From the NCBI RefSeq assembly GCF_009914755.1, contig NC_060932.1: 64,000 nucleotides of DNA. The stretch is one strand, 5' to 3'. This stretch comes from the human T2T-CHM13v2.0 reference genome, Homo sapiens. Shown piece by piece: positions 30,401 to 42,780 of this stretch. The notes below the pieces were generated by a model. The model had not been told where the DNA came from and searched no databases. It worked only from the letters and a program-made list of their open reading frames with translations. A program made the translations under genes and the position numbers. Numbering within the stretch: the first letter of the stretch is position 1; each line of letters starts with the position of its first letter.

Positions 30401-30693
30401 TATGTTTATCTTTATAAACATGTATAAAAAAAGTGTGAGAGGCTTTACTACTAACATTATTTGTTTCTGGATACATTTTAAAGTATATGTGTGTTTATCT
30501 GTTTATCATTTTTCTTTTCTTTTTTCTTTTAGAAGAATCAGGTTTTACTTGTATAACAAGCTTTAAAAAGTATTAATAAATAATGATTCAGAAAACTGCC
30601 CCTTTATACATATTTGGTGCAAACATTTTTTGGTAAATTGAGTTTTTAGGGCTGACTTTTCCCACTCAAGGTGCTATTTAAAAGTATACAGTT

Positions 30694-30981
30694 GGCTGGG
30701 CGTGGCGGCTAACACCTGTAATCCCAGCACTTGGGGAGACCAAGGCAGGCAGATCACAAGGTCAGGAGTTCAAGCCCAGCCTGACCAAGATGGTGAAACC
30801 CCATCTCTAGTAAAAATACAAAAATTCACCCCACCTGTAATCCTAGCTTTTCAGGAGGCTGAGGCAGGAGAATAGCTTGAACCCGGGCGGCAGAGGTTAC
30901 GGTGAGCCAAGATTGCAACATTGCATTCCAGTCTGGGAGACAGAGTGAGACTCGGTTTCAAAAATAAATAAGTAAAAATAA
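30694..30981 (+). mobile_element. Alu (AluS) with small right-arm deletion
   Basis: Perfect 15-bp TSD TAAAAGTATACAGTT at 30679-30693 and 30982-30996. Confidence 0.95.
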
Positions 30982-31431
30982 TAAAAGTATACAGTTAACA
31001 CAGGCTTTTGGAGAAAGCCTTAGTAACACAGAAGTTCTACTAATCAGAGATCTGAATTGAATGTAAACAGAAACAGATGTTGGCTTACTGTTTTCAGCAG
31101 AAAAGAAACTTATTAAAAGGGGAATTCATAGAACCTCCAGAGGACTTGAGAAGTAGGCTTAAAACCTCCACAGGCAGAAACAATGCCTGAAACATGCCGC
31201 TGCTGAGTTCTGGACTGAGCAGCTTGCCTAGCTGACCCTTCTGGCAGTGAACTTGACCCCATGACTAACACCATGGTCAATCCTGCCTGAGAACTGCAGC
31301 TTCCAGAAAGGAAACTTCACAAACCTTTTTCCTGAACATCACTAGCTTTGGGTTCAAAATCTAATCCATAATGCTGGGTCATGACCCTGCATCCTAGCTA
31401 CAGAGGGAAGCTAGAGGATCAAGTATGTGGT

Positions 31432-32230
31432 TGTGATATCATGATATAATAAGATATAAGACACATATATATGTCTTATTTCTTGTATCACAGTATAATG
31501 TTACTTATATCTATATTTGGTCTTTCTCTTAGTTTCCTGGCATACAGCTCCTGAAACCCTGGAATCCCTTTAGTAATAAGTGTGTTTCTGTATGCTAATG
31601 AGGTGATTGTGGCTGGGGCCTCCTGGGTAGCTCAGATCAACCAAGCAATTAGAGAGTTGGAACTTTCAGCCCCCTGACCTTCTCAGAGGGGAGAGGGGCT
31701 GAAGGTCGAGTTGATCACCAATGGCCAATGATTTAACCAATCATGGCTACATAATGAAGCCTCCATAAAAAGCCAAAAGGATAGGATTGGAGACTCTGCA
31801 GGTTGCTTAACACTTGGAGGTGCTGGGACAGTGGCACAGCGGGAGAGTGCATAGAAGCTCCACACCCCTTTCCCTATACCTTGCCAAATGCATCTCTTCC
31901 ATCTAGTTGTTCCTTAGTTGTATCCTCTTAGAATAAAAGAGTAATAGTAATTGAACCTGAGGAAGGGATAGTGGGAACCTTTAGGACAAAAGCACAGGTG
32001 AGAACCTGGGCTTGCAATCGATGGGGGCAATATTGTGTGACTGAGTCCTTCACCTGTGGGGTCTGATGCTCTCTCCAGAAAGATAGTGTCTGAGTTGAGT
32101 TAAATGGTAGGATGGTGTCTAAGGAAAGTAGAAAATTGCTTTGTGTGGGGGAAAAAAATCCCCACACATTTTGGTGACCAGAAGTGTTGTGAGAGTATAG
32201 AAGAGGAAAAACAGTTTTTTTGCTATACAG
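31432..32230 (+). mobile_element. MER21 LTR
   Basis: GAGTTGATCACCAATGGCCAATGATTTAACCAATCATGGCTACATAATGAAGCCTCCATAAAA; CACACATTTTGGTGACCAGAAGT. Confidence 0.85.
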
Positions 32231-32819
32231 TAGCATTTTCAGTTTTTATAATGTGAGGCCTTTCCACATAAAAGGCAGCCAAAAGAGTGATGATGTCTTA
32301 CAAGAGTAATTAAAGTAAAACATGAAACCACTCAGCACCATCCCCACTGCCTGGCTCCCTCCAACTCCTTCATGTGACTCTAGCAACTGAATTTAATGGT
32401 AATAGTGTTTTACATGACGTTAACCGTGAAGTTATTGAGTGTTATGTGTGAGAAAAACATGTTAAAGTGCTTTAACTATAATTTCACATTTAATTTCTAC
32501 AAACAACCATATTCTTAAGTTATGAAAAATTTTCGCTGACTTTCTTCTCACTTCCTCCTCTTTCTAAACCTGTTGAATGTGTTGAGTTCTAGGTATAAAT
32601 GCTGAATTTCTCAAGATCAAACACAAAATTTGGATGAATTTGTAAATTAAATAGCAAAAGATCAAATGAGGGCAAAGAACAACTGATTACTCACGCCTTT
32701 AATTAAATTCATATGGAATTTACCTTTTTTCTTCCAGAATAACAATTTATCAGTTATAGATGATATCTCCTTAGATTCTGCAACTTTCTCAAACTTTAAA
32801 AGGTAAAACATATTAGTAC

Positions 32820-33279
32820 TGTGGAGCCCTAATTAGGGAAGAGGAGCCAAGCTAGTGGGAGGAGGGGAAAGCAAAAAGAGAAAGCAGATAAGCTATAAGG
32901 CAGACTTACGTCTGCCTTGCTTTGTAGTCCAGGACACGTAGCTCTCCTGCACAAATAGTCTTTGCTTTGTGTGTCACAATCTTCCTGTCCCCAGCTATCA
33001 CCAGACCCTGGGCTGATAAATTCAAGTTGGCTCACTGCAGCCTTGACATTACCAGTACTGCATGTAGCACTCTGCAGCCCAAGAACCATCCTATAAAATC
33101 TCCAGGAAGCTTTTGTTTCCTTACAGTAAGCTCCTCTTGTGCTGGTCTGCCCATTGCCTTCTTGCAATATAATTTCATACTTTTTTTTAATACATCTGCC
33201 TTTCTTTACCTACAATTGTCTTGGTAAGTTCTTTTATCCCTGCACCACCAGACCAGATAGCGACCACTCCCCCGTCACA
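32820..33279 (+). mobile_element. LTR47-like ERVL solo LTR
   Basis: TGTGGAG...CACA ends, TATAAAA, 5-bp TSD AGTAC. Confidence 0.75.
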
Positions 33280-34010
33280 AGTACCACTTTTAATAAGAGG
33301 ACTCTAGTACCCTGAGGAACTGCATAACTAGAAACAGTATCTAGGATTAAACGCAATATATAGATAGGTTTGAGATTTTGGTATCTAGACTTGAGAGCTA
33401 GTTTCATCCATGGTGCTTTTTGTAAAGGCCAACACACAGCTTATACATGTGATTGCTCAGAAACTGCCAACTGGGAGTGTTTCTGAAGAATGTCTGTCCA
33501 TATGACTTCACATTAGCGTGGTAATGATTATTACTTGCCATAATTATTTCAAATTTTAACCATGTCTGCAAACCATGAAAGCAATAAACTCTTCTTCCTA
33601 AATTACTAAATAAAATGAATAAGTATATATACTTATTCAATGTTCATTTACTGTAGATGGCATTGCCTGCTTACTTTTATGGCACCACTAAAAAAGCAAG
33701 TAGCTCCTAGCCCCTTTTCTTGTCAGCATCTTTAAATAAAAAACGGTGATTTCTCTATCAGGCTTTTGAGTCTTGTCAACTTGTGCAAATTGACTTAATG
33801 CAACTGCTATGAAGCATTTATCAAATCACTTTCTTCTCCCATCTAGCTGCAGTTTCATTAGCGATGACTGCCTCATTTTCAACAAATGCATAAATGCATG
33901 AATTTGCTGACTAGCCAAGACACAGACAAACACAACTTAAATATATTTATGGAATATTTTACTTACATTAATCACTTGGGACTTAGTATAATTACACAGA
34001 GAATTATTCT

Positions 34011-34705
34011 TGTTACAGTGGGCAGCTAGTCAGACAGAGCAGGGCGGGAGAGGGCTCCCCCTACCCACAACCAGGAATGTCAGGCGACCACTAGGTGGTG
34101 TCATGTGGTTAACTGTCTCTCTAAAATAATTGGTTGCAACCAGCACCAGGGAAAGGCAGTCTCTCTATAGATAGAAACACCTGAAACTGGTGATCACCAG
34201 CTTCCCATTAAGATCTCAGGAGTTGGGCAAGTGGGCTCAAGCATGTACACTAAGAGGCAAAATGGCAGAGATTAACTGGTATATTACCTCCTAGGGACAT
34301 TTGATTGGTAAGGGAGGAATGCCTCAAATTAGCATGTGTACACCTCCAGTAAATGCACTATGCATGCTCCCCTCCCAAGTGCTGGCAGGCCACTGCACAT
34401 GTGGACAGCCCACCCCAAGGGAAGAATCAAGGGAGAAGGGACACAAGACCCCGGAAGCATGACAGCATATAAAATCCCAAGTCAAAAAGTCAAACCACAC
34501 ACTTGATCTCTCAAGTCACCCCCTTGGCCCTCTTCCAAGTGTACTTTACTCCATTTTATTCCTGATCTAAAGCTTCTTAATAAACTTTCACTCCTACTGT
34601 AAAACCTGCCCTGCTTCAGCCTTATGCCCCTCGGTTGAATTCTTTCCTTTGAGGAGACAAGCATCGAGGTTGCTGCAGAAGTGTATAAATTTGCTGCCAC
34701 CAACA
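34011..34705 (+). mobile_element. MER50 solo LTR, full length
   Basis: TGTTACA...CAACA ends, 4-bp TSD TTCT, TATAAAA and AATAAA intact. Confidence 0.85.
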
Positions 34706-35654
34706 TTCTCAGGAATAGAGTGACTGTTAACAGACGTAGACCAATAGGTTATGCACAGATTTGATTTAGCTAAAGGAATCTATTTTGCTTTGCCAGGGTT
34801 TCTGTCACGTATTAATGTTCCAACTAGTTTCCAGCTCGCTATTTGTTTCAATTCTGTCTTCCATCAGGAACAGAAGTTTCTCTGGCTAGCTGCTGCTCAT
34901 TTTCTATTTTATAGTTCCCCTTGACTTGTGAAATCCGTCAAATATTACTGACTCAGATGGAGCCCTTACTATGTAGGTATTATGTAACTGAAATCATTTT
35001 AATCAGGACCTAATAAACTGGACTGCACAAGTCTTGCAGCAAAGTAGGTAAAGTGTGGAAGCTTATATAGTAAACTTGCTGGGATATGATTTAATCAATG
35101 ATGTATATAAACATGTCCATTTCCTTGCATGTATATTTTATTCTGAATATTACCTTTTGAGGCATAATTTCCAAGTTCACGTAAAGTATATCAGTTTAAA
35201 ATTTTATAATACATATCTAGCAGATGTAACAGGCTCTCCCCTCCAAAATGAATTCTAGAGGAATTAGAGGCAAAAGACCAAGAAAACCATGGGGAATCTT
35301 AGGGGTTGGAGGGTACAAGATGTTTTGAGATCTTTGGGGAAGATGATGACTTTGACCTGGGCCAGGAGCCAGCCTCAAAGGGCAGGATAGTAGCAAAGGC
35401 ACTATTAAAGTTTGCTTATCCCTACCATTGCATTGAGTAGACACTTGGGTATGGAGATCCTAGAAAAGTAAACACATACCAACTGACCTCTGGCATTTGT
35501 CCTCCTATTCGTCCTCCCCCAAAACCCCAGGACTGGTGGATCATAATCTAGGAAGCTTCTAATGTGGTTTTGTTTCGGGAGGCAAGAGAAAAGCCCTAAC
35601 ATGTAGATTGGTTTTATAGATTGAGGAGCTATGGTTGGTTTTCTGGTGCTCCAT

Positions 35655-35850
35655 CATGTATATGTATGTATATGTGTGTGTATATTTATGTATATATACA
35701 CATACACACCTATGTATACACGTATATGTATACACACCTATGTATACATGTATATATGTGTACATACCTATAGACATGTATATATGTGTATATACATAAC
35801 ATACAGAGGCACACATATATATGCATTTGTGTATATGTATACATATACTT
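35655..35850. repeat. Degenerate (TA/TG/CA)n alternating purine-pyrimidine tract
   Basis: Visible directly in the sequence. Confidence 0.9.
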
Positions 35851-35865
35851 TTTTTTAACTATTTG

Positions 35866-36640
35866 CAATGTAAAAACCATTCTTAGCCTCTGGCTATAAA
35901 AAATAGGCTTCTAGCCAATGAGACCACCTTTGCAAAAATTCTATCAGTGAGAAAATTACATCAGTTTAGGAGATCTGATCCAGCCAAACCCTCTCTTGCT
36001 TTTGGCCTTCAAGCTGCCCTTAATTATTCCTGGCCTTAGGCCAAGGTAACTACGGGAGATACTTACCTTTTAAATGATAAAAGCCCTTCCCCAAAACTCA
36101 GCCATTTTCATAAAGCTAATGAGAGACCACCAGGCTAGGAGGATAGAGGAGACTGAATTCTGCTAAAGTGTAGCTTCCCCATTTATTCCTGCAGATAACA
36201 TCCACTACTGTAGAAGATAACACTGACCTTCTGAAAGACCTTTGCAGATTTTTTGCTTGTCTGATGACCAATGACTCCACCAGGACCTACCAACCACTCC
36301 GGTGGCCCTACCCAGAATAATTCAATGTGTAGGAGGATCATTTCCCACACCCCATGATTGTACCCCCAACCAATCAGCAGCAAGCAGCAATCATTGCCTA
36401 GCCATCCTCACTCCTTTCCTCACACTAGCTTTGAAAAACCTCTAACTTCACAGCCTTCAATGAGATTGATTTGAGTAATAACTCTGTATCCCTCCTGGCA
36501 TGACTGGCCTCATGTGACTTAAACCCTTTCTTTACTGCAATGCTGTGGTCTCTGTGAATTGATTTTGTTTGTGCAATGGGCAGGCGGAACCTGTTGAGAA
36601 AGTTTTACACCAATTTGGCCTTTAGTTTCTGAACCTCTTG
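35866..36640 (+). mobile_element. MER58 3' fragment split by an LTR
   Basis: AATGTAAAAACCATTCTTAGC before the LTR; TTTGGCC...TAGTTT after it. Confidence 0.55.
35919..36609 (+). mobile_element. LTR26-like ERV1 solo LTR
   Basis: TGAGACCACCTTTGCAAAA...TTACA; 4-bp TSD CCAA. Confidence 0.8.
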
Positions 36641-37310
36641 ACTGGAAGGAAAAATAAAAGCAAATTAAATAGAAAAAATAAAAGACCAATTTAAAATGTA
36701 TTTGGAAACGTAAAGAGATAATAATAGCCAAGACACTATGGAAGAATAAGAAAAGAGAGGAGGGCTTCCACGATCAGTGACTAGGAGCTGTTACGAAGTT
36801 AAACTAATTAATAAAGAGTGATATTAGGGTAGAAAAAAAATTATTCGTGAGCTAGAAAGCCTAGAAATATTCATTCACTTATGGAACTTTGATGTAGACA
36901 GAGGTAGGGAAAAAAGGACTTTTTATTAAATGAAAATTCAATAAATGAAAAAGAGTAGTCATTCATATGGATAAAGACAAAATCAGATTCCTATCCCACC
37001 ACATTAAAAATAATTTTGGATGGATTAGATTAAGACAAATTCAAACAGAGAAGGAGAAGAGGAGGAGGAAAAAAACTCAACGACAACTTGAAAACGCTTT
37101 AAAACATTTTGTTGTATGTAGTTCAGATCTTGTAATAGAGAACTATTTCTTAAATAAAATACCAAAAGCATTGACTTGAATAAAAAAATATTAAGAACAC
37201 TTATTCATCAAAGGGCACCTTTATGAAAATAAAGACAATTCCAAGTGTACAGAAGATACTCATGTTACAGAAACTAGCAAATGAACTCTATAAATTATCA
37301 AGAAAAGCAG

Positions 37311-37627
37311 AAACCATCATTCTCAGCAAACTATCGCAAGGATAAAAAACCAAACACTGCGTGTTCTCACTCATAGGTGGGAATTGAACAATGAGAACAC
37401 ATGGACACAGGAAGGGGAAGATCACACACTGGGGCCTGTTGTGAGGTGAGGGGAGGGGGGAGGGTTAGCATTAGGAGATACACCTAAAGTAAATGACGAG
37501 TTAATGGGTGCAGCACACCAACATGGCACGTGTATACATATGTAACAAACCTGAACGTTGTGCACAAGTACCCTAGAACTTAAAGTATAATAAAAATATA
37601 TATATATTTAAAAAAACAAAAACAAAT
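37311..37627 (+). mobile_element. L1PA (about PA4-5) 3' end, 5'-truncated
   Basis: L1 3'UTR with A-rich tail; TSD AGAAAAG(C/T)AGA. Confidence 0.93.
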
Positions 37628-37961
37628 AGAAAAGTAGACTTTTCTGAAGAGAAAAACATATGGCCAATAATCATATGTGATTGGTAAAATACAAATCAAG
37701 ACCATGATGCAAAACTATTTTATAACACTTTCATAGTGAAAAGTTAAAAAGTCATAACCATACCAAGTTTTGGAAATAGTATGGATTCACATTTATATAC
37801 TGTATGAACCAGTAATTACGCAATCATGAGAACTTTTCTGCACATACGCTACGAGAAAAATGTATTACAGTGTTCATAGCAGTGTTCATAATAGCAAAAA
37901 CCTGGTAATAATTCAAAAGCCTATCCATAGGAAAATTAATATATAAACAGCATTGCATTCA

Positions 37962-38205
37962 CAAAATAAAATAATTTATTAGATAAATAATAATCTAATA
38001 AAATAAAATATCTAATAATTTAAAATAAAATAGATAAATTAGATAATCTAATAAATTAGATTATCTAATCTAAAATAAAATAATTTATTAGATAATTAAT
38101 AATTATTAATAAATTAGATTAATTATCTAATAATTATCTAATAAATTAATTAGATAATAATTACTAATTAATTAATTAGATAATTACTAATTGAATAATA
38201 ATTAG
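37962..38205. repeat. AT-rich low-complexity tract with inverted units
   Basis: TTAGATAAT and ATTATCTAA units interspersed. Confidence 0.85.
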
Positions 38206-38517
38206 TACTCCAATGATGAATGAATCTTAATACAATATTGAATATTTTTAAAGTTTCAGATAAACACATGCAACATAATGTACTTTGTATAAAGTTAAAA
38301 AGGCCAAATAATTCAAAACATACTCTTTAGGAACACATCTAGATGCGTTAACATTATATCAACAGGAAAGCAATGAAATGAGGAAATGAAGGAATTTAGG
38401 ATGATGGTTATGTCTAGTGAGAGGAAGGAAGGTGACGAGATGGGTTAAAGTCATATAAGAAAATGTAGGTTAAAGGTCAAGGCCCTAACTTTAGTTTATA
38501 AAGTGCTTACATATGCT

Positions 38518-38819
38518 TCTTTCTTTTTTTTCTTTTTAAGACAAGGTCTTACTCTGTGGCCCATGCTGAGGTACAGTGACGTGCTCACAGCTCACTGCAC
38601 CCTCGACCTCTCAGGCTCAAACAATCCTCCCACCTCAGTCTCCCGAATAGCTGCGACTACAGGAGCATGCTACCACACTTGGATAATTGTTGTACTTTTT
38701 GTAGAGATGAGGTTTCACCATGTTGCGCAGGCTGGTCTCAAACTCCTGAGCTCAAGTGATCCACCCACCTCGGCCTCCCAAAGTGCTGGCCATACAGGTG
38801 GAAGCCACTGAGCCCAGCC
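38518..38819 (-). mobile_element. AluJ
   Basis: Diverged reverse Alu dimer. Confidence 0.9.
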
Positions 38820-39744
38820 AGTGCTTATTTCATTATTATAAAAAACGTGTTAAATAAAAGCAGGCTGTGTATGGACCAACGATGAATGTGTTATGTACCA
38901 ATGATTAAGATGAATCTATAATCTGATTCTTCCACCTGAGATCCAATTTTAAAAGTTCGAGTGCATGCTCCTCCTCCCGACTTTTCAAGATAAATGAACT
39001 AATTTTTCATAGAGTTCAGAATGATGAGTAACTGGGGACTAAAAACCAATCTTCACTAGGGAAGAACCATCAGTTTATCTTTGCAAGGACAAAAGGCCAG
39101 TTCTTTCTAAGTTATATTGAAAAAGCTGTCTTGGATTTTAGCTTTACAGGTGGCAAAGTATTAATATGTAAGCTCCTCTACTTTTGAAAGGCCATTCTAA
39201 ATCCACTAGTTCCCTAAGACCAAGAAGACTAAAAGAGGTTTAAGTTAATCTTTTCACCAAATAGACCAGGTTCATTTTTATTAAAGACCTGTTGAGATAG
39301 TTAACCCCCTTTTATGATCTCCCCAAATGTTCTGAATTTGACAGTCCTTTAGCAGTTAAAGTATCTATACTCCTAGCCTTATGACCCAAGTTTATGCCTT
39401 GATTTTTTTAAAGTCCTGCAAATATGACAAAAGTGACATGACAAAGCTTCATCACTATGATATTTACTGGACTTAGCATTAAACTATCAACAAATTTTTC
39501 ACTGAATTAATATTAGTTTATATCCAATAATGGTGTTGACTGTCTAGTTCAGGAAGTTTTTGTCTTCTAAAGTGACAATAGAAGTTGTTTTGGATGCTTT
39601 CATTCCTGTTCATAACTGTCAGTATTCTTGCTTAACTGTGATTTGAAGAAACTCTTCTTTTTTTTTGACATTAATTTTTTTTACACTTTAACCAATAAAA
39701 TAAAGCAATAATTAGAAAAATAAAGCAAGAATCCTGCTTTATTT

Positions 39745-42026
39745 GATAATATTTTTTATTTTTCCGTAGGTTATTAGGGTACAGGTGGTGTTTGGTTATG
39801 TGAGTACATTCTTTAGTGGTGATTTGTGAGATTTTGGTGCAGCCATCGCCCAAGCAGTATACACTGCACCCTATTTGTAGTCTTTTTTTCCTCGCCACCC
39901 TCCCACCCTTCTCTGCGAGTCTCCAAAATCCATTGTATCATTTTTATGTCTTTGGTGTCCTCATAGTTTAGCTTTCACATATCAGTGAGAAGATATGATG
40001 TTTGATTTTTCCATTCCTAAATTACCTCACTTAGAATAATAATCTCCAATCTCATCCTGGTCAATGCGAGTGCCATTAATTCATTCCCTTTTATGGCTAA
40101 GTAGTATTCCATTTGTGTGTGTGTGTGTGTGTGTATGTGTGTGTGTGTGTGTGTGTATACATACATACATACATACATACATACACACATACCACAGTTT
40201 CTTTATCCACTCATTGATTGATGGGCATTTGGGTTGGTTCCAGAATTTTGCAATTGCTAATTGTGCAGCTATAAACATGCATGTGCAAGTATCTTTTTCA
40301 TGTAATAACTTATTTTCCTCTGAGTAGATACCCATTAGTGGGACTGCTGGATCAAATGGTAGTTCTACTTTTAGGTCTTTAAGGAATCTCCACACTGTTT
40401 TCCACAGTGGCTGTACTAGTTTACATTCCCAACAGGAGTGTAGAAGTGTTCCCTGATCTCTGCATCCACACCAACATCTACTGCTTTTTGATTTTTTTGA
40501 TTATGGCCATTCTTGTGGAGTAAGTTGGTATCGCATTGTCGTTTTGATTTGCAGTTCCCTGATTGTTAGTGATGTTGAGCATTTTTTTCGTATATTTGTT
40601 GGCCATTTGTAAATCTTCTTTTGAGAATTACCTATTCATGTTATTAGCCCAGTTTTCTATGGGATTGCTTGTTTTTTTATCGCTGATTTAAGTTTGTTGT
40701 AGATTCTGGACATGGTCCTTTGTCATATGTATAGATTGTGAAGATTTTCTCCCACTCTGTGGGTTGTCTGTCTACTCTGCTGACTGTTCCTTTTGCCGTG
40801 CAAAACTCTTTAATTATGTCCCAGCTATTTATCTCTGGTTTTATTCCATTTGCTTTTGGGTTCTTGGTCATAAAATCCTTGACTAAGCCAATGTCTAGAA
40901 GGGTTTTTCCAATATTATTTTCTAGAGTTGTTATAGCTTCAGGTCTTAGATTTAAGTCCGTAATCCATCTTGAGTTGATTTTTGTGTAAGATGAGAGATG
41001 AGGATCCAGTTTCATTCTCCTACATGTGGTTAGACAATTATCCCAGCACCATTTGTTGAAAAGGGTGTCGTTTCCCCCCCTTTGTTTTTGTTTGCTTTGT
41101 CAAAGATCAGTTGGCTGTAAGTATTTGGGTTTATTTCTGGGTTCTCTATTCTGTTCCATTGGTCTATGTGCCTGTTTTTATACCAGCATCACCCTGTTTT
41201 GGTGAGTATGGCCTTATAGTATAGTTTGAAATCAGGTAGTGTGATGCCTCCAGATTTATTCTTTTTGCTTAGTTTTGCTTTGGCTGTGCAGGATCTTTTT
41301 AACTTCCATATGAATTTTAGAATTGTGTTTTCTAATTCTGTGAAGAATGATGGTGGTATTTTGATGGGGATTGCATTGAATGTGTAGATTGCCTTTGGCA
41401 GTATGGTCATTTTCACAGTACTGACTCTACCCATCCGTGAGCATGGGATGTGTTTCCCTTTGTGTTGTCTGTGATTTCTTTCAGCATTGTTTTGTAGTTT
41501 TTCTTGTAGAGGTCTTTCGCCTCCTTGTTTAGGTATATTCCTAAGTGTTTTGTTTGTTTGTTTGTTTGTTTTTGCAGCTATTGTAAAAATGGTTAAGTTC
41601 TTGACTTGATTCTCTGCTTGGTCACTGTTGGTGTATAGGAGAGTTAATTTGTGTACATTAATTTTGTATCCAGAAACTTTACTGAATTCTTTTATCAGTT
41701 CTAGGGGCTTTCTGGTGGAGTCTTTAGGTTTTTGAAGTGAGCGATCATATCATCAGCAAACAGTGAGGGTTTGACTTCCTCTTAAACAATTTGGATGCCT
41801 TTTATTTCTTTGTCTTGTCTGATTTCTCCGGCTAGGACTTCCAGTACTATATTAAAGAGGAGTGGTGAGAGTGGGCATCCTTGTCTTTTTCCAGTCCTCA
41901 GAGGGAATACGTTCTACTTTTCCCCATTCAGTATTACGTTAGCTGTGAGTTTGTCATAGATGGCTTTTATTACATTGAGTTACGTCCCTTGTGTGCCAAT
42001 TTTGCTAAGAGTTTTAATCATAAAGG
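39745..42026 (-). mobile_element. L1PB (L1PB1-like) 3' 2.3 kb with internal (TG)n(TACA)n
   Basis: GGTACAGGTGGTGTTTGGTT...TTCTTTAGTGGTGATTTGTGAG 3'UTR; ORF2 remnants at 40081-41434. Confidence 0.9.
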
Positions 42027-42429
42027 AAAAAAAAAGAAAAAAAAGAAAAAATGAAGACATTCAATGTATATCAAATTAAAAGATAGCAAAAATAAAAGAT
42101 TTGTATATATAATCAAATTAAAACATTAAAATAATATACAATTTTATTTTAAAATTTACTAAACTACGTATAAAAAAATACTGTATGAAACTATAGTATG
42201 GATATGTGGTGATTATAGCAAAGTTGTGAAGATGAAAAATAAGTGCTTCTGGTGATGGAACAGGCATCACATCTTATAATTGTTTTCTTTCTTTACTTAC
42301 TTTTGAGCAAGTCATAAGACCCCTGGATTCTGTGAAATATCAATCATTCTTTAATGGACAAAAATTGTTTAGCAGCCAGGAGAGAAGCATTTAATAGCTT
42401 TTAGGTTGCTAAGAGAACCTGGTCCAAGC

Positions 42430-42780
42430 TTCATAATAATAACTTTAGCATGTACCATATACCAAGCCTACTTCTGAGCACTTTGCAGGTCATAAATCAT
42501 GTAATCATCACCATTCTATGTGGCAGAGAATTTTGACGAATTATTTGACGAGTGACTTTTATCTAGAATATATAAACAACTATTACAACTCAATAATAAA
42601 GAAACAGATAACTATAAAAATTGGGCAAAGTATCTGAAAAGACATTTCTCCAAAGAATATATACAAATGGCCAACTGCTATTTTCATTGCAGAGATAGGT
42701 AAACTGACACTCATAGACTAAAGGAATTGCCCATGGTGGCAGAGTCAGGTTTTGAAACTATGCAGACTAGATCATAGCCT
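42430..42780 (-). mobile_element. MIR containing an L1 fragment (~42535-42676, + strand)
   Basis: MIR-like flanks; TTTTATCTAGAATATATAAAC...GACATTTCTCCAAAGAATATATACAAATGGCCAA L1 piece. Confidence 0.6.

Larger units (their letters stand above)
36680..38500 (+). mobile_element. Highly diverged L1M fragments
   Basis: A-rich sequence with L1-like motifs (GTTCATAGCAGTGTTCATAATAGCAAAAACCTGG). Confidence 0.55.

Noticed and set aside
35559-35858. Tyr/Ile/Val/His-rich ORFs on both strands
   Set aside because: They are translations of a TA/TG microsatellite.
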